NCBI GenBank assembly: GCA_002189035.1
Contig: NEEC01000019.1
Coordinates: 1,178,001-1,242,000, forward strand
Origin: Utricularia gibba
Lineage: Eukaryota > Plantae > Magnoliophyta
Reading direction: 5' to 3'
DNA: 64,000 nucleotides
Shown: in pieces, positions 1 through 12,234 of the stretch
How positions within the stretch are numbered: position 1 is the stretch's first letter
Layout: every line of letters begins with the position of its first letter
Made by a program: the position numbers and the translations under genes
Notes under the pieces: generated by a model
The model's database searches: none
Told to the model about the DNA's origin: nothing
The model's input: the letters and a program-made list of their open reading frames with translations, nothing else

Positions 1-32
1 CTGCAAACATTATCAGCATCAGGTCTATTGCC

Positions 33-2033
33 ATGTCCACTGCTACTGTTAAACGAGTCGGTACTCACAATGGCAGCTTTCACTGTGATGAGGCCCTTGG
101 CTGCTTCTTGATGCGCCTGACGACTAAATTCTCCGATGCGCATGTTGTGCGAACACGTGATCCAGAGGTTGGATTATCATTTGAGTTCCCTAGGAACGTT
201 GTCTTTTAGTTTCTCAAAGCAATCGTTTCTGGATGCATTGGTAATGTATCTTGTGTTCTGAACAGGTGTTAGATACCCTTGATGCCGTTCTTGATGTGGG
301 TGGCGTTTATGATCCCAAGAGGGATCGGTATGACCATCATCAAAAAGGATTTGAGGAAGTTTTTGGTTATGGATTTACGACTAAGCTCAGCAGCGCTGGG
401 CTTGTTTACAAGGTAATGTTGCATGGAAATACTTGTTTAAGTTTTTCTGCTTTGATTAGAATAATTTTAATTTTTTGAAAGTTATCTATGCTCTACTTTA
501 TTAATTTTCTGACTCCAAAATTGACTATTCCGACCTTGATTACTCCAGAATATGCTTTAGTTGACAGTAAAGCATCTTGTGGATTGAGAGCATACATATC
601 TCACTACTGGTTCACTTTCTTCAACTCTGCAATTTTTATGTTCTTTATTTTCAGCATTTTGGCAAGGAAATAATAGCGAAGGAACTTCAGGTTGATGAAA
701 ACCACCCAGATGTCCAACGTCTGTTTCTAGCGATTTATAGAAGCTTCATGGAGGTAGTAGACTTCACCAGCTTTAAAGATATGTTATTCATAATTCGACA
801 ATCAAATATTCCAATGGTGTTTTCCAAGGTGCTATTTCAAAGAAATCTAGTGTTAGTTTTGTATGATCGAAGGCAAATGCTATTTTCAAGATGCAGTTTA
901 CCACATAAAAGTAGGTCGCATCATTGTAGTCATTTGCTATCCTTGGATGTAATATGTTTTTTTTCCCAGTGATTGATCTATGAACAAATTACAGTTGGTA
1001 TTTCTTTATTTTTCATGATCAACGAAGTTGTGGGGAAGTTTTAGTTGGTGGTATCCTGGTTGCAGGCGATTGATGCTACAGATAATGGCATTAATCAGTA
1101 TGACACCGACCAACCACCCAAGTATGTTAACAACACGCACTTGTCTTCTCGTGTTGGAAGATTGAACTTGGATTGGACTGAACCTGATCAGTCTAGTGAG
1201 AAAGAGAATGAAGCATTTGATCGCGCAATGGCTCTGGCTGGATCCGAATTTCTGGATGTAAGATTCTTCGACTATCTTTCACTTAAAAGTTACTTTCCAG
1301 TGCTGGGATTGTTTCTTCATTCGGAACTTGCATTACACTAAATGTCTCATTTCTTTTTGAGATTCTTTTACTCCAGAATTTAATCTGTTCAGTTCTGATA
1401 ATCTCCTCCAGAGCGTCCGCTTTCATGCAAAGTCATGGCTCCCTGCACGGTCAGTTATCATAAGCTCCCTTGAAGAGAGGTTTGACGTGGATCCAAGTGG
1501 TGAAATCTTATATCTACATAAGTTTTGTCCGGTATGTATTCCACACTCTAGAGCATGCTTTGATTTCACTTCACTGAAACCACCTTCATTCTCATGCTGC
1601 AGTGGAAGCTCCATTTGTTCGAGTTAGAGGAAGAGATGAAGATTACCCCTCCCATCAAATATGTACTCTATCAGGTAGCTGCATGCATTTGCTGCTTCTT
1701 CACCCCCACTGTACTGCGTCATATGAGCAATGGGACTTCCCCAAATTCATCACATTCTTACTCCACATGCCATAGATGCTGTGTGATGGTGATGATTGAT
1801 TCTTTCAGGATGAGCGCAGCAAGGGGTGGCGAGTGCAGGCGGTAGCAATAGCACCGGATAAATTCGAGAGCCGCAAGGCGCTCCCTACAATGTGGCGAGG
1901 GCTACGAGATGAAGAGCTCTCCGAGCACGCCGGAATTCCCGGCTGTGTTTTTGTCCACATGAGCGGCTTCATCGGCGGAAACAAAACATGCGACGGAGCA
2001 CTCCAGATGGCGAAAGCTGCTCTCAAGCTCTGA
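33..2033 (+). CDS. MYG1: MYG1 / UPF0160 family exonuclease, 7 exons (33-167, 266-412, 655-753, 1066-1257, 1412-1531, 1603-1674, 1809-2033); 329 aa from ATG33; frame is open upstream to the window edge
   Basis: N-terminal GTHNGSFHCDEALG metal-binding motif, DVGGVYDP...RYDHHQ, KLSSAGLVYKHFG, FVHMSGFIGGNKT; all introns GT-AG and exons join in frame. Confidence 0.93.
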
Positions 2034-2559
2034 CTGCAACGAAGGCTCGTTTTTCCAGGAGGGCATTTCGGAGATTCCAAGACCTTATCCCTTCTATTTG
2101 CATTTTTCATACATTTTTTTCATTGAGAAAATTGCAAAAATGACAACTAAAGTTTCAGTTAGTATAAATCTTTTAACTCCTAAGTTTGAAACTTATAAAA
2201 AAGATACTTTAATTTGTTAAAACCGTTTAACGAAAACTCAAATCATTTTCAAAATTTTTAAAAAGTGAACTAAATATGAGAAATTAAGTATGCAATAAAA
2301 ATGATAAATTAAAAATGAGAATTTAAATATATAAAAAAAATTAAAACAATTGTCAAAATCATTCAACGAAACCCAATCTGAGGTATTAAATATGTAATTT
2401 CATAAATTGAGAGAAATTGTTTACAAAAAAAATAGTTAAAAAGCTTATGATGTAATTTTAAAACTTGAAAATTAGACTTTTTATTATTGACTGCAATTTA
2501 AGGTGACACTGACAAACTTTACCCTTTTTTTATTTGAAAAATACAAGATAATTATCACG

Positions 2560-3050
2560 TCGCGATACGATGTCGTTTATTCCTTCAATGGAAGAAGACA
2601 ACAGGAAAAATTGTGCAACAAAATCGCCTATTTATGGAATAAACATCTTCCACGTGGCCCCCGAAAAAAAATATTCTAGAAACATCTTGGGCCGGCGGCC
2701 GCCTGGTCCACCTAAAGCCAACACGCCCCGGCCCACATCTCACAAAAGGACGGCGTGGCTGCTATCTCCACCGTACATGTGTCGCCGCACAAGTGCATCG
2801 GCGGCAGGGCGGCAACCACAGTGACGTGCCAGAATTGGTGACCATTCGTTTCGGCTTCTGGATAGATCTAATGATTTGAACATTTTTGTTTTTATTTCTA
2901 AATTAATATATTATACTTAATTCTCTAATATTTAATTTCTGATAATTGCTCGAATTACAAGAATAATAGGGCCAATTATTGAGGAGGAAAATATCCAGAA
3001 GCGACGATCAAGAAACGGTAGAGCACCAACGTGGCACGCTTCTTCTACTT
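2560..3050 (+). promoter_or_regulatory. Cluster of ACGT-core (G-box/ABRE-like) elements upstream of TIP1
   Basis: CCACGTGGC at about 2650, TGACGTGCC at about 2822, CAACGTGGCACG at about 3027 in a GC-rich patch flanked by AT-rich DNA. Confidence 0.4.
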
Positions 3051-3366
3051 TGTTTGAAATAGGATAAAAAAACTTTTTTTATCAAAGTAGTTTTTATTTA
3101 AAAAATAAAAAAAATTATTAGGGTATATTTTTGAGAATTGTAAATATCTAATTTTATTTTATTGGAAGAAAATTTTTAAAAGCATATTGTCAATACATAA
3201 TTTTTGAGAAAATTGTCTCTACAAAAATAATTTTAGAATACAATTTAAATTTAGATTATATTTTTCGAAACGTGGAGTTGTTCAGCTATAAAAAAGGAAG
3301 GTTCGCCATTGAAATTATCAGACTTCCAGCAAGCTTCCACGTTGTGTGCTCCATTCATCAGCGGCC

Positions 3367-4215
3367 ATGCCGGGACCTGACGAGTATTTCAACGCACCCC
3401 TCAGCCGCGTGGCCATCGGGAACTCTCAAGAGTTCCGGCATCCGGGGGCAGTGAAGGCGGCGCTTGCCGAGTTCATCAGCACCCTCATCTTCGTTTTCGC
3501 CGGTTCTGGCTCCGGCGTGGCCTACAACAAGCTTTCGGGAGATGCGCCGGCTTCGCCTGCCGGCATTATCGCCGCTGCTGTTGCACACGCTTTCGGCCTT
3601 TTCGTGGCCGTGTCAGCTGCCGCCAATATTTCCGGGGGCCACGTCAACCCCGCTGTCACTTTTGGGTTGTTTGTGGGCGGTAACATCACTCTCTTTCGAG
3701 GCATTCTGTACGTCATTGCTCAGCTCCTCGGCTCCATCGTCGGCGCTGCTCTCCTTTATTTCACCACAGGAGGCTACGTAAGCATCAAAGTTTACAATTT
3801 AATTCCAACTTTTTGAACGCAGTAACCATCAGAATCAAATTCCAATATGCAGGCAATCCCGGCGTTCGGCTTATCGGCCGGAGTGTCGGTGTGGAGCGCC
3901 TTCGTGTTCGAAATCGTCATGACATTCGGGCTGGTCTACACTGTGTACGCCACGGCCGTCGACCCAAAGAAGGGCGAGATAGGCATCATAGCCCCTATAG
4001 CAATCGGCTTCATCGTGGGAGCCAACATTCTTGCCGGTGGTGCATTCACCGGCGCATCGATGAACCCCGCCGTCGCCTTCGGCCCGGCAGTCGTAAGCGG
4101 TGTTTGGACCTATCATTGGATCTACTGGGCGGGGCCTTTCATCGGAGCCGCCATTGCCGGAATCGTCTATGAGGTGTTTTTCCTGACCCGCTCACATGAA
4201 CAGCTGCCGCACTAA
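3367..4215 (+). CDS. TIP1: Tonoplast intrinsic protein, TIP1 (gamma-TIP) subgroup; exons 3367-3777 and 3853-4215, 257 aa
   Basis: Two NPA motifs ([25 protein letters not shown]), [17 protein letters not shown], ar/R filter H/I/A/V typical of TIP1. Confidence 0.95.
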
Positions 4216-4921
4216 GGGGAACATGGGATGCTCCTCTTGCTCTTGCGTCTGCGTCCTTGTGATGTTCCATTCCATGTTATCACATATGATGTAATAATGG
4301 ACCAAATGTGTATTAAATTTTCATAATTTTCCAGATTATAAAGGACCAAATTCGATAATCAATTCATCGGGGGGACCAATCTGAAAAAAAAAACAAAATT
4401 TGACACCAATATTTGAATGAATTAAAAATTTGGTCATATGTGAAAAAAATTATCAATCTATGTATATTTTTTTGTCTAAATGCGCGAGAGAGAATATGGT
4501 ATTGCTCATTTTTCTAAATCACCCATGTTATTATATGCACAAAATGTAATTTTAAATAAATTATTGCTAAATGCATAAATAACGAAAAAATGTGGGGCAA
4601 ATAATGTAATTTGGAATCTGCCATCAATGGTTTAAAAATTATAATTCAATCATGATTAAATCGTTTATCATAATTATGTTTTGATTAAATTTCATTATTT
4701 TAAAATTTTTTAAAAAATAAATTATATTTCAATAAGATTGAATTGTAATTAAATCAAAATCGAACCATCCAAATTTTATTTTTTGTAAAAAAAAAAGCAA
4801 ACGATTTAATCATAATTTGACCTGCAATTACGAAATTACAGTTTTTTTTATAATTTAGAGCATACACTACAAGTTCGAATGCATTACAAAATTGCGTATT
4901 TTAATACATAAAAGAAACGCT

Positions 4922-7083
4922 TTAGAAACAACGGAAGTTTGTCTGCTTTGCTGTGCCTTTGTCTAAGCGGCTACTTGCCTCGGATTGTATTATAATCCGA
5001 GCACCTGAAGCAAGCCTGTGGAAGAGAGAAAGGGAAGTGAATTCAGTCTTTCCTGTTGAAGAGAGAAAGCAAAGCACCTGCAATAGGCAAAAGGGATGAG
5101 AACAAGAGTTCGAGATTCAACTTTCTTCAATCTTCATCACATTTCCCTGATCGTCTGATTCGGTAGCATGTTTGCTCGGCTGCTGATCGCTCATTCTTTT
5201 GCTATGGCCGGCGCTGGATGTGGTCGCCCTGTCGGATGACATTCTTGGAACATCGGAAGTTGAAGATCTCAAGGACTCGCACCTGGGCTGCTTGCTTAGT
5301 GAGGATTTGATTGATATGGGGATGCATTTCGTCCTGGAGGTGTTTCCCTCTTCCTTCTCATCGAGTTTCTCAGCACTTCTGAGAATGTTGGGTGACGATT
5401 AGTCGATGTCATGGAGTTCAATAATCTGGGAATTTCTGTCACTGACCTGTCTCCATTGAAGGAGGAAGATCTTTTGAGGTGGGGTGTTCCTTCTTTTTGC
5501 AAGCTTGTTTCAACTATGCTCCCGCTGAAGTACTCTTTGTCGTCAAGTTTCACTCCCAAGAAACGGGGATTCTCCGATAGATGATCCAGTTCTTGTGCTG
5601 AGAATGTCGAAGACGAAAGCTTGGAGCTCGAAAACCTTGGTTTGTAACTGGGAACCAGTTCAAGGTTGTGATCTTTGACAGAGATTGAACCACAGGAGAT
5701 GAGCTGCATGATCATATGGGAAGCCTTGAATCTCACATTAGCTGAGGTTCGAAATTCCTCATCTTCAAGAATCCGAAAGCTGTTAGGCTTTTTTGCATCG
5801 GTTCCAATGAGGGACTCCAAGGTATCTGTCCTGCCACTTGATGGACTGGATGTAGACTGAGGGGGTGACACATGCTCTGTAGAGTAATCCACAATGGCTT
5901 TCACCTGAGGAGTTTGGGTTACAGGAGGGCTTCGGGTGTCGATCTCAAATGGTATATCATCCGTAGAAACACCTCTTGTAATGCAAGTATTTCGAGAGGT
6001 AACATATCTGCTGGTGGCAACATCCTCTGTCTGTGTTGAAGCATCAGCAAGGCCATCATTCTTGTAAACTTTGTAGTCAGTAAAGCTGAGAGAACCATTC
6101 CAAGAGGAACATTTTCCACCAATAAACTCAGAAGATGCATTCGACAAACATGGACGCTGATCCGGAGGAGACAGTTCATCATCATCGGAGTTTTTAGTTG
6201 TTCCACCATTTGAGCTAGAGGAACATGATGACTCTTCTTGGATTCTTGATGATGGTGGGAGGGCTTTCGTATTTTGTATCAGGAGTGTCTCTGGACTCAA
6301 CTGGCCTGGAAAACAACAAGAAACACCGAAGTAAATCGATGAAACAATCAGAATTTCAGGTTCAGGTACAACAACACTGCGGTTGAGCCAAATCTTGTGA
6401 ATGATGTGGTTTTGATCTGAATGACGGATAGCCACCTGGATTGAAGTCTTCAAAGAGCTCTGAGCCCTTAAGGACATACTCATTGCCATGAGCTGGAAGA
6501 ATCAAATCATCATCACAAAGGTCATGCCACACAAATCCATTCTTGTAACTCCTGCATCCAAGAAACTACCCACAGTCACTTCTCTTCAAAAGAGCTTAAG
6601 AGGGTTTCAGCTAAAACGACTCTAGTATCAGTTTAGAAGCCAAATTAGAATCATTTCTAAACAAGAGTTCAGCCAAATTTTCACCTCTTACAAGACCAGG
6701 AGTACATTGAAGCCATTCCTCTGCCCCTCAGAACACCAAGTCTTTCGATTACATCTTCAAAAAAAGAGCCAGCGTAGAAGCTCAATACAAAGCAATTTGG
6801 TGTTCCAATGATGATAAAAACGTGATAAACTGAAACCACATTTCTCTATACCTCTCAAGTGTAGTCCATCACTAGAGGACAAGGGAACTTCCATGAAATG
6901 AGGATGCTCCAGCCGCCTATTCTGGCATAGATAGTAAACAACAGAGACTTTGCCGCTGGATTTCCGCTCCTGGTGTGGATGATGATCATGGCTATGATTG
7001 TAGCTACATTTGGGTGTCTTTTCTATCCATAATTTAGCTCTTCGAGGGTTCACTTGCTGATAAGTCTTACTTCTCCCCTCCAT
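4922..7083 (-). CDS. SOSEKI / DUF966 (UPSTREAM OF FLC-like) DIX-like polarity protein; exons 7083-6852, 6754-6685, 6551-6436, 6305-5447, 5378-5122, then terminal exon from 5052 (stop 4922) or 5015 (stop 4990)
   Basis: [93 protein letters not shown] and HMIMQLISCGS motifs; GT-AG introns in frame. Confidence 0.9.
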
Positions 7084-8526
7084 TTCTCCGAACCTTCAAA
7101 GTCTACTGAAAGTCAACAACCAAGAAAAGGAAAATTGAAGCAGCCGCTCAAGAATGAAGAAGCTCGAGCAACAAAAAAACTAACTCCCCGAAAACAAACA
7201 ACAAAAATCCAATCTTTAACATAACGACACCAAACTCACCGTCTGAAGGCAAATATCAGATCTCAGGTCACAAAAAAAAGTCCTTGTTTATATCAACGAA
7301 TCCTACCCATAAGCGTTTACCTAAAACCCAACAAATAATAAATACAAAACTGACAAATGGATGTCCATAAAGGAGCAAATGTCTGATGCATGGAGCCCAA
7401 ATGGAAAGCAACACGCAACCCAAGACAAAAAATCGTGAACACAGAATGCCCCTCTCCTGGTGAATGCAGCAGCAGCTGTCACTCCCACCGTGCAGAGGGC
7501 CCTATCGGGGAGAGTAATTCGGTTTCAAGGAGATGAAAGTCAGCGCAGAAGAAGGGAAGATCGAGAATACAAAGAGAAATTGAGCGGGAGTTTTAATTCC
7601 TGGGAAGACAATGGGTGTTAAAGAATCTTGCAGTTACAGAAATTTGTCATGTAATGGATTACGCCCTGTTCGTAACTGCACAGGAGCTTCGTTCCGTCGG
7701 AATCATCACCGTCGTTTACACCTCCAGCGCTCTGTACCCAGCTGCAGTCCCCGTCTGCGCAGCTGTTGCGCTTCCCTCAAATATCACTTCACCCCATGTG
7801 CATACGCTTATTCACATTTTCACCCCGCTAAATTTGAACTCTTCCTGAATGCGGGAGCAAGTTTTTTTTTAATCAAAAGAATTTTAGTTATTTTCTTATT
7901 TTTTTCAAACATATTTATCAAATATAATGAACGTTTTTAAAAATCACTCCAAAATTGATTTTAACAGAATTAAAAATTTTAATAGAATGAGAATTAATAT
8001 ATGTTTGTAAATGTTTTTTTAAAAATAATTATTATAGAATTTATTAACGTTTCTAGTAAAAAAAAAGAACTAATTTTCATAAGTAAATTATATATTTATT
8101 AATAATTATATTTTATAAATTTATTTCAATAAAATATATTATATAATATCAATATTTATCAACTTCTTCACTAATATTATCAAATTAGTATTTATTTTAA
8201 AAATGGTATTCATTATAATTATATATTAATAAATGGTTATAATAATAATTTTATTTATTAAAATAAATTATTAAAAAATAATTCTATATTAAAAGTTACA
8301 TATTTATGTTTTTTTAGAAAATTAAATTGATTCTCATAAAAAAGAATTAAATATATATTTAAAAATTAAAATTAATTATACTATAATAGAATTGAATTTA
8401 TTAGAATAAAATTGATTTACAAACGTTGACATTATATTATTTTAAATACACATTTATAATTTTTTTGTTAAAATTAAACTTAAACAATTCAAATTAATTT
8501 CACATTACCCCAACCTCCATCTTCGT

Positions 8527-10492
8527 TCACTCGCCGCCGCATTCGGGAGTAGCGCTATGTTCCCGATTCGTATCATGGCAGTAGTAGTAGATGACGTACC
8601 TCCTCTGCACCCACCGCATCGCCGAGTGCTGCTCCTCGCTCAACCCGTAAGCGCCGGTGGGAGACGCCGTGGCCGGGGTGCACGACGAGTTTCCGGCGGC
8701 GTCGCAGCCGGAGATCTTGAAGTCCTTGTACCTGGCGACGAAGGGCTGGTAGGTGTAATCCGCTTTGTATCTCCCGTTGTCCGTCGCCCATGCAGACGCA
8801 TCCCATATGGATCCGTACACCCACATCGGCCTCATTGGAAACGTCGAGGAGCTCCTCTTTTTGTATTTCCGAATTGGGATGTCGTCCACCAAAAATCTGA
8901 GCATCCTCAAATTGATTTATGTCAAATAAAATAAAATGAGTTTAATTTAATTAGAATTAAACTATACTCTGAAAAATTTTCGAGTGTTGTTTTTTTTAAT
9001 AAAAATAATCTTGCACAGAACAATTTTTATTTTTATTTCTGTTTTTTATAAAAATAATTTTTAGATAATAAGATAGAAATAGAAATAGATATTACTATTT
9101 TTATTATCAAATTCCCAAAAACAATATTCTAAAACTTCTATTTATGCAATTTTTTCAAAACACGTTATTTCTATTTCTACTTTTTTTAAAAAAATTATAC
9201 TTCTAATTTTTACTTTTCTAATATATGAGGATTAAATTGTTAAATAGTATTTAGTTATTGAAATTAAAAATGAGATTAAGTGCTTTTAAATAAAGTAAGA
9301 AAAGGATTTAGTTATAAATAAACTCATGTACATAAGATTAAAAAAACTCATGTAATTCGAGACTTATTTAAAACTATTGATTAAAGATACTATAATTTAT
9401 AATTTTCCTTTTAAATCCATGTAATCCCATCAATCAAACATCCCACATGTTAAATAATTGCATAGATTCTTTAAATATACTTAATTAATCAAATTTTAGT
9501 ATTAATTTGATTGGGTTAATGGATGGAATTGACATTTAATGTACATCAATTCTTTCCAAATCCAAAATGTCACATCATGTCCGTTTAAAATTAAATATAA
9601 TAATAAATAAAAAGAAAATGATATATTTATATAAAAATATATAAAAGAAAATAATATTATTTTTGAATTTTATTCATTTGGTTATAGGGAGAAAGAGGAC
9701 TCACATGATCTCTCGTGGGTTCCAAAGGATGGCGTAATGGTGAAAGGCGGCCGTCGGATCGAACCAGAGATGGAATCTCATCTCGCGGCCGACGAGATTC
9801 CCATCTCCGCTCCCGTTCATGTACACGTTGGTCTGCAGAACGTACGGCTCTGCGTCTGGGTGCCCCAAGAACTCCATGTCGATCTCGTCGTGCCTCCCCG
9901 GCAAGGCTTCGTTGTTCGACAGCTACAAGCCCACACCACACATGCGTCAACTCCGGCCTACCAATTCTGCATACCTCAACGGAAAAAGACTCACGTAGAG
10001 ACACGCGATCACTCCGGCGGTGTATCCGCCTTGAAGCTTCAGGGAGGCGCCGAAGTAGCCGGAACTGTAAGCATGCAGCGACTTGAATCCGCTTCCTGCC
10101 ATCGCCATTCATCCATATCCCATTTGAGGGTTAGGGTTGCTCATTCTACTATACTCAACATTCAAGTACCACATACTACTAGAATAAACAATCTCACATA
10201 TATGTATTTATTCGATCTATCCGATTCTTAATTTCAACATATACATAATTTTTGGTATCGAATTGTATCAGGATGAAAGGAAGGACTGCAACTAACCGGA
10301 AGTTCGATCGAGCCAAATGGTGAGCCCGTTTTGATCAACTCGTTGGTGGAAGGGGCCCCAAAGGTTCCGAAGGCCTTGGTCGAATCGAATCGAATTGAAT
10401 TGGGAACTCAGGGAGAAGTTGGGGGAGAGTGGGATTACAGAATCGGAGAGTTTTGCGGTGAGGAGGAGGAGGAGGTAGAGAAGAAAGGCCAT
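8527..10492 (-). CDS. XTH32: Xyloglucan endotransglucosylase/hydrolase, group IIIA (XTH31/32-like); exons 10492-10297, 10095-9995, 9922-9705, 8896-8527; 294 aa
   Basis: Signal peptide, catalytic [48 protein letters not shown]-terminal YYYCHD...TPEC; exons join in frame. Confidence 0.9.
9222..9444 (+). mobile_element. Tourist/PIF-Harbinger-like MITE copy in XTH intron 3 (left end eroded)
   Basis: Shares TAGTATTTAGTTATTGAAATTAAAAAT with about 40384 and CATAAGATTAAAAAAA(C/T)TCAT(G/A)TAATTCGA with the reverse complement of about 10725-10760; ends CAATCAAACATCCC. Confidence 0.55.
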
Positions 10493-10654
10493 TGATCGTG
10501 TGTGACATAGTGGAGTGCATGTGGTGGAGATATATAAGGGGTGAAGTGATAAATATGAATAGTTTTGGGGCCACATGAAAGAAAGGAAAGATGATCGGTC
10601 TATTCATTCTCCTCCATGCAAACATTTAATGTTGATGAATATTCTAAAGTGAGG

Positions 10655-10899
10655 AGGAATTTATTGGATGGGTGATAAAGAGATTTAAATTTATACTATG
10701 TTTAGTTGATAGATTTAAATAATTTTCGAATTATATGAATTTTTTTAATCTTATGTATAGGGATTTATTTAAGATCATATCTCTTTTTTTTACATTACTT
10801 AAAACCACTTAATCTTTTTTCTAATTCCAATTACTAAACACTATCTAACTAATTAATCCTAAACTCATTTTATTTCATTGCAATCAACCAAACATTGCC
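10655..10899 (-). mobile_element. Same MITE family, inverted copy in the XTH promoter
   Basis: Reverse complement aligns by eye with 9222-9444; terminus CAACCAAACATTGCC followed by TAA, the typical Tourist TSD. Confidence 0.55.
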
Positions 10900-11099
10900 T
10901 AAGATTACATTAAAAAATATATATCATAAGATTAGTATTGATACAAAAAAACATTAAGCCACTTAGATTGTAATTGGATTGATTATTGGTTATCCTATCA
11001 TAAACCCTACATAAAAGTAAGGAATTATTTCACAATTCAATGAGCATGATCTAATTATGTGTAACACACTTTTCCGATCCATCGGAATCCTCCTCGGGT

Positions 11100-11745
11100 T
11101 CACGGGCTTGTGTTATTTTCCCTGACTTGTCTCCCGCGACTCCGAGTTCGTTTACATCAGGAGGCGAGTTCTGGCGCAGCACGGCTCCTCAAGAAAGCAA
11201 CTGGTATTGGGTGTATTGAGTACTGGGCTAACTTTCTGCAATTAATAGCCATGTGAGGAGACGAGGAGACTGAGAGTGAAACCGCAACCAAAAAAGGGCC
11301 TCTTTGCGAACCCGGGAACATGGCCAACTTGGCCATTCTCTTGCTTTCCCTTTTGAACATATTCTTCTTTTCTTTGCATGTGACTGATAAAACACAGCAG
11401 CAATCTTAATGTTGATGATGGGAGCTAAAACGCTGGAGTTAATCACATGGGAAAGACTTCATTCTCGTTCCTTGGTGCTGGTATTACAACCCATTTGTGT
11501 CGAACCAGGAATCAGTTTTCTGATCACCAACTCAGCACATTAAACCAACACAAAACAGGAAAAGGTTTGTGAAGTGCTAAAGAGGTTTTCGATGCTGGTT
11601 ATTTATTAAACACCGGGAAAAGGAGATATCACCTACTTTGGCTTAACAGGGAACTGTTTCAGTTAGCTGTTGCATTCATCTGGACATCGACTCCCTTCAT
11701 CATCAATCCTCTTGACGGCTGATGCTCCTCAGTAACAGTGGTTGG
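11100..11745 (-). pseudogene. Possible decayed intron-containing gene or lncRNA, divergent from VPS24
   Basis: Exon-like GC content alternating with T-rich intron-like stretches and GT/AG signals, but each candidate exon hits stops; no family recognised. Confidence 0.25.
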
Positions 11746-11776
11746 GTTCTATGTGGGATGGAGTTCAATACGCTCC

Positions 11777-11792
11777 AAAACGGCGCCGTTTT
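11777..11792. promoter_or_regulatory. Perfect 16-bp palindrome AAAACGGCGCCGTTTT, extended by CGCTC/GAGCG
   Basis: Read directly; lies about 450 bp upstream of the VPS24 ATG next to a site II cluster. Confidence 0.5.
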
Positions 11793-11879
11793 GAGCGACA
11801 TCATACCGTCCGCTTTTTAGAAAATAAAAATAAAATGAATTAATAAAGATATTATTAAATTTATTCATGATTTACAGTC

Positions 11880-12010
11880 TGGGCCTAGGGGCTACCTTTT
11901 ACTACTGTAGCCCATGCCAGATTTTCAGCCCAAAGGCTTGTTATGGATATCAAAATCACCTTCCAAACAGAGAATGGGCGTCCTTTTAAATGGGCTGAAA
12001 CCCGACCCAT
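11880..12010. promoter_or_regulatory. Site II (TGGGCY/RGCCCA, TCP-type) cluster in the VPS24 promoter
   Basis: CTGGGCC, AGCCCAT, AGCCCAA, ATGGGCT within 130 bp. Confidence 0.5.
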
Positions 12011-12234
12011 TAACGAGGGAAATGGATTATTCGAACGCCCGAAATCCTCATCATCGACACGCGTTTGCTGAATTCTTCTCCGGCGACATTCCTCGCTGCT
12101 TTTTTTTTGTTCGTTGTATCGGGATCTATGGTGTATGCCCCGCAACTCATCGTGAATTTCAATTGAAGAAAGTGAAGAGGCGTTGTACGATCTGGAGAAG
12201 TCGATACCGATTTGATTTCTAGAACAGGAAAAGA

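Noticed and set aside
5296-6489. 397-aa single ORF as the SOSEKI protein
   Set aside because: Its ends are intron read-through; the true gene is spliced from 7083
7611-7940. Short plus-strand ORFs upstream of SOSEKI
   Set aside because: No family motifs; consistent with a GC-rich promoter/leader region
2100-9200. Several AT-rich spacers (2100-2540, 3050-3260, 4300-4900, 7900-8500, 8950-9200) as MITEs
   Set aside because: Plausible decayed elements, but no TIR/TSD pair could be fixed by eye
11400-11710. Box C/D snoRNA candidates (TGATGA...CTGA)
   Set aside because: No terminal stems or recognisable rRNA/snRNA antisense elements identified by eye
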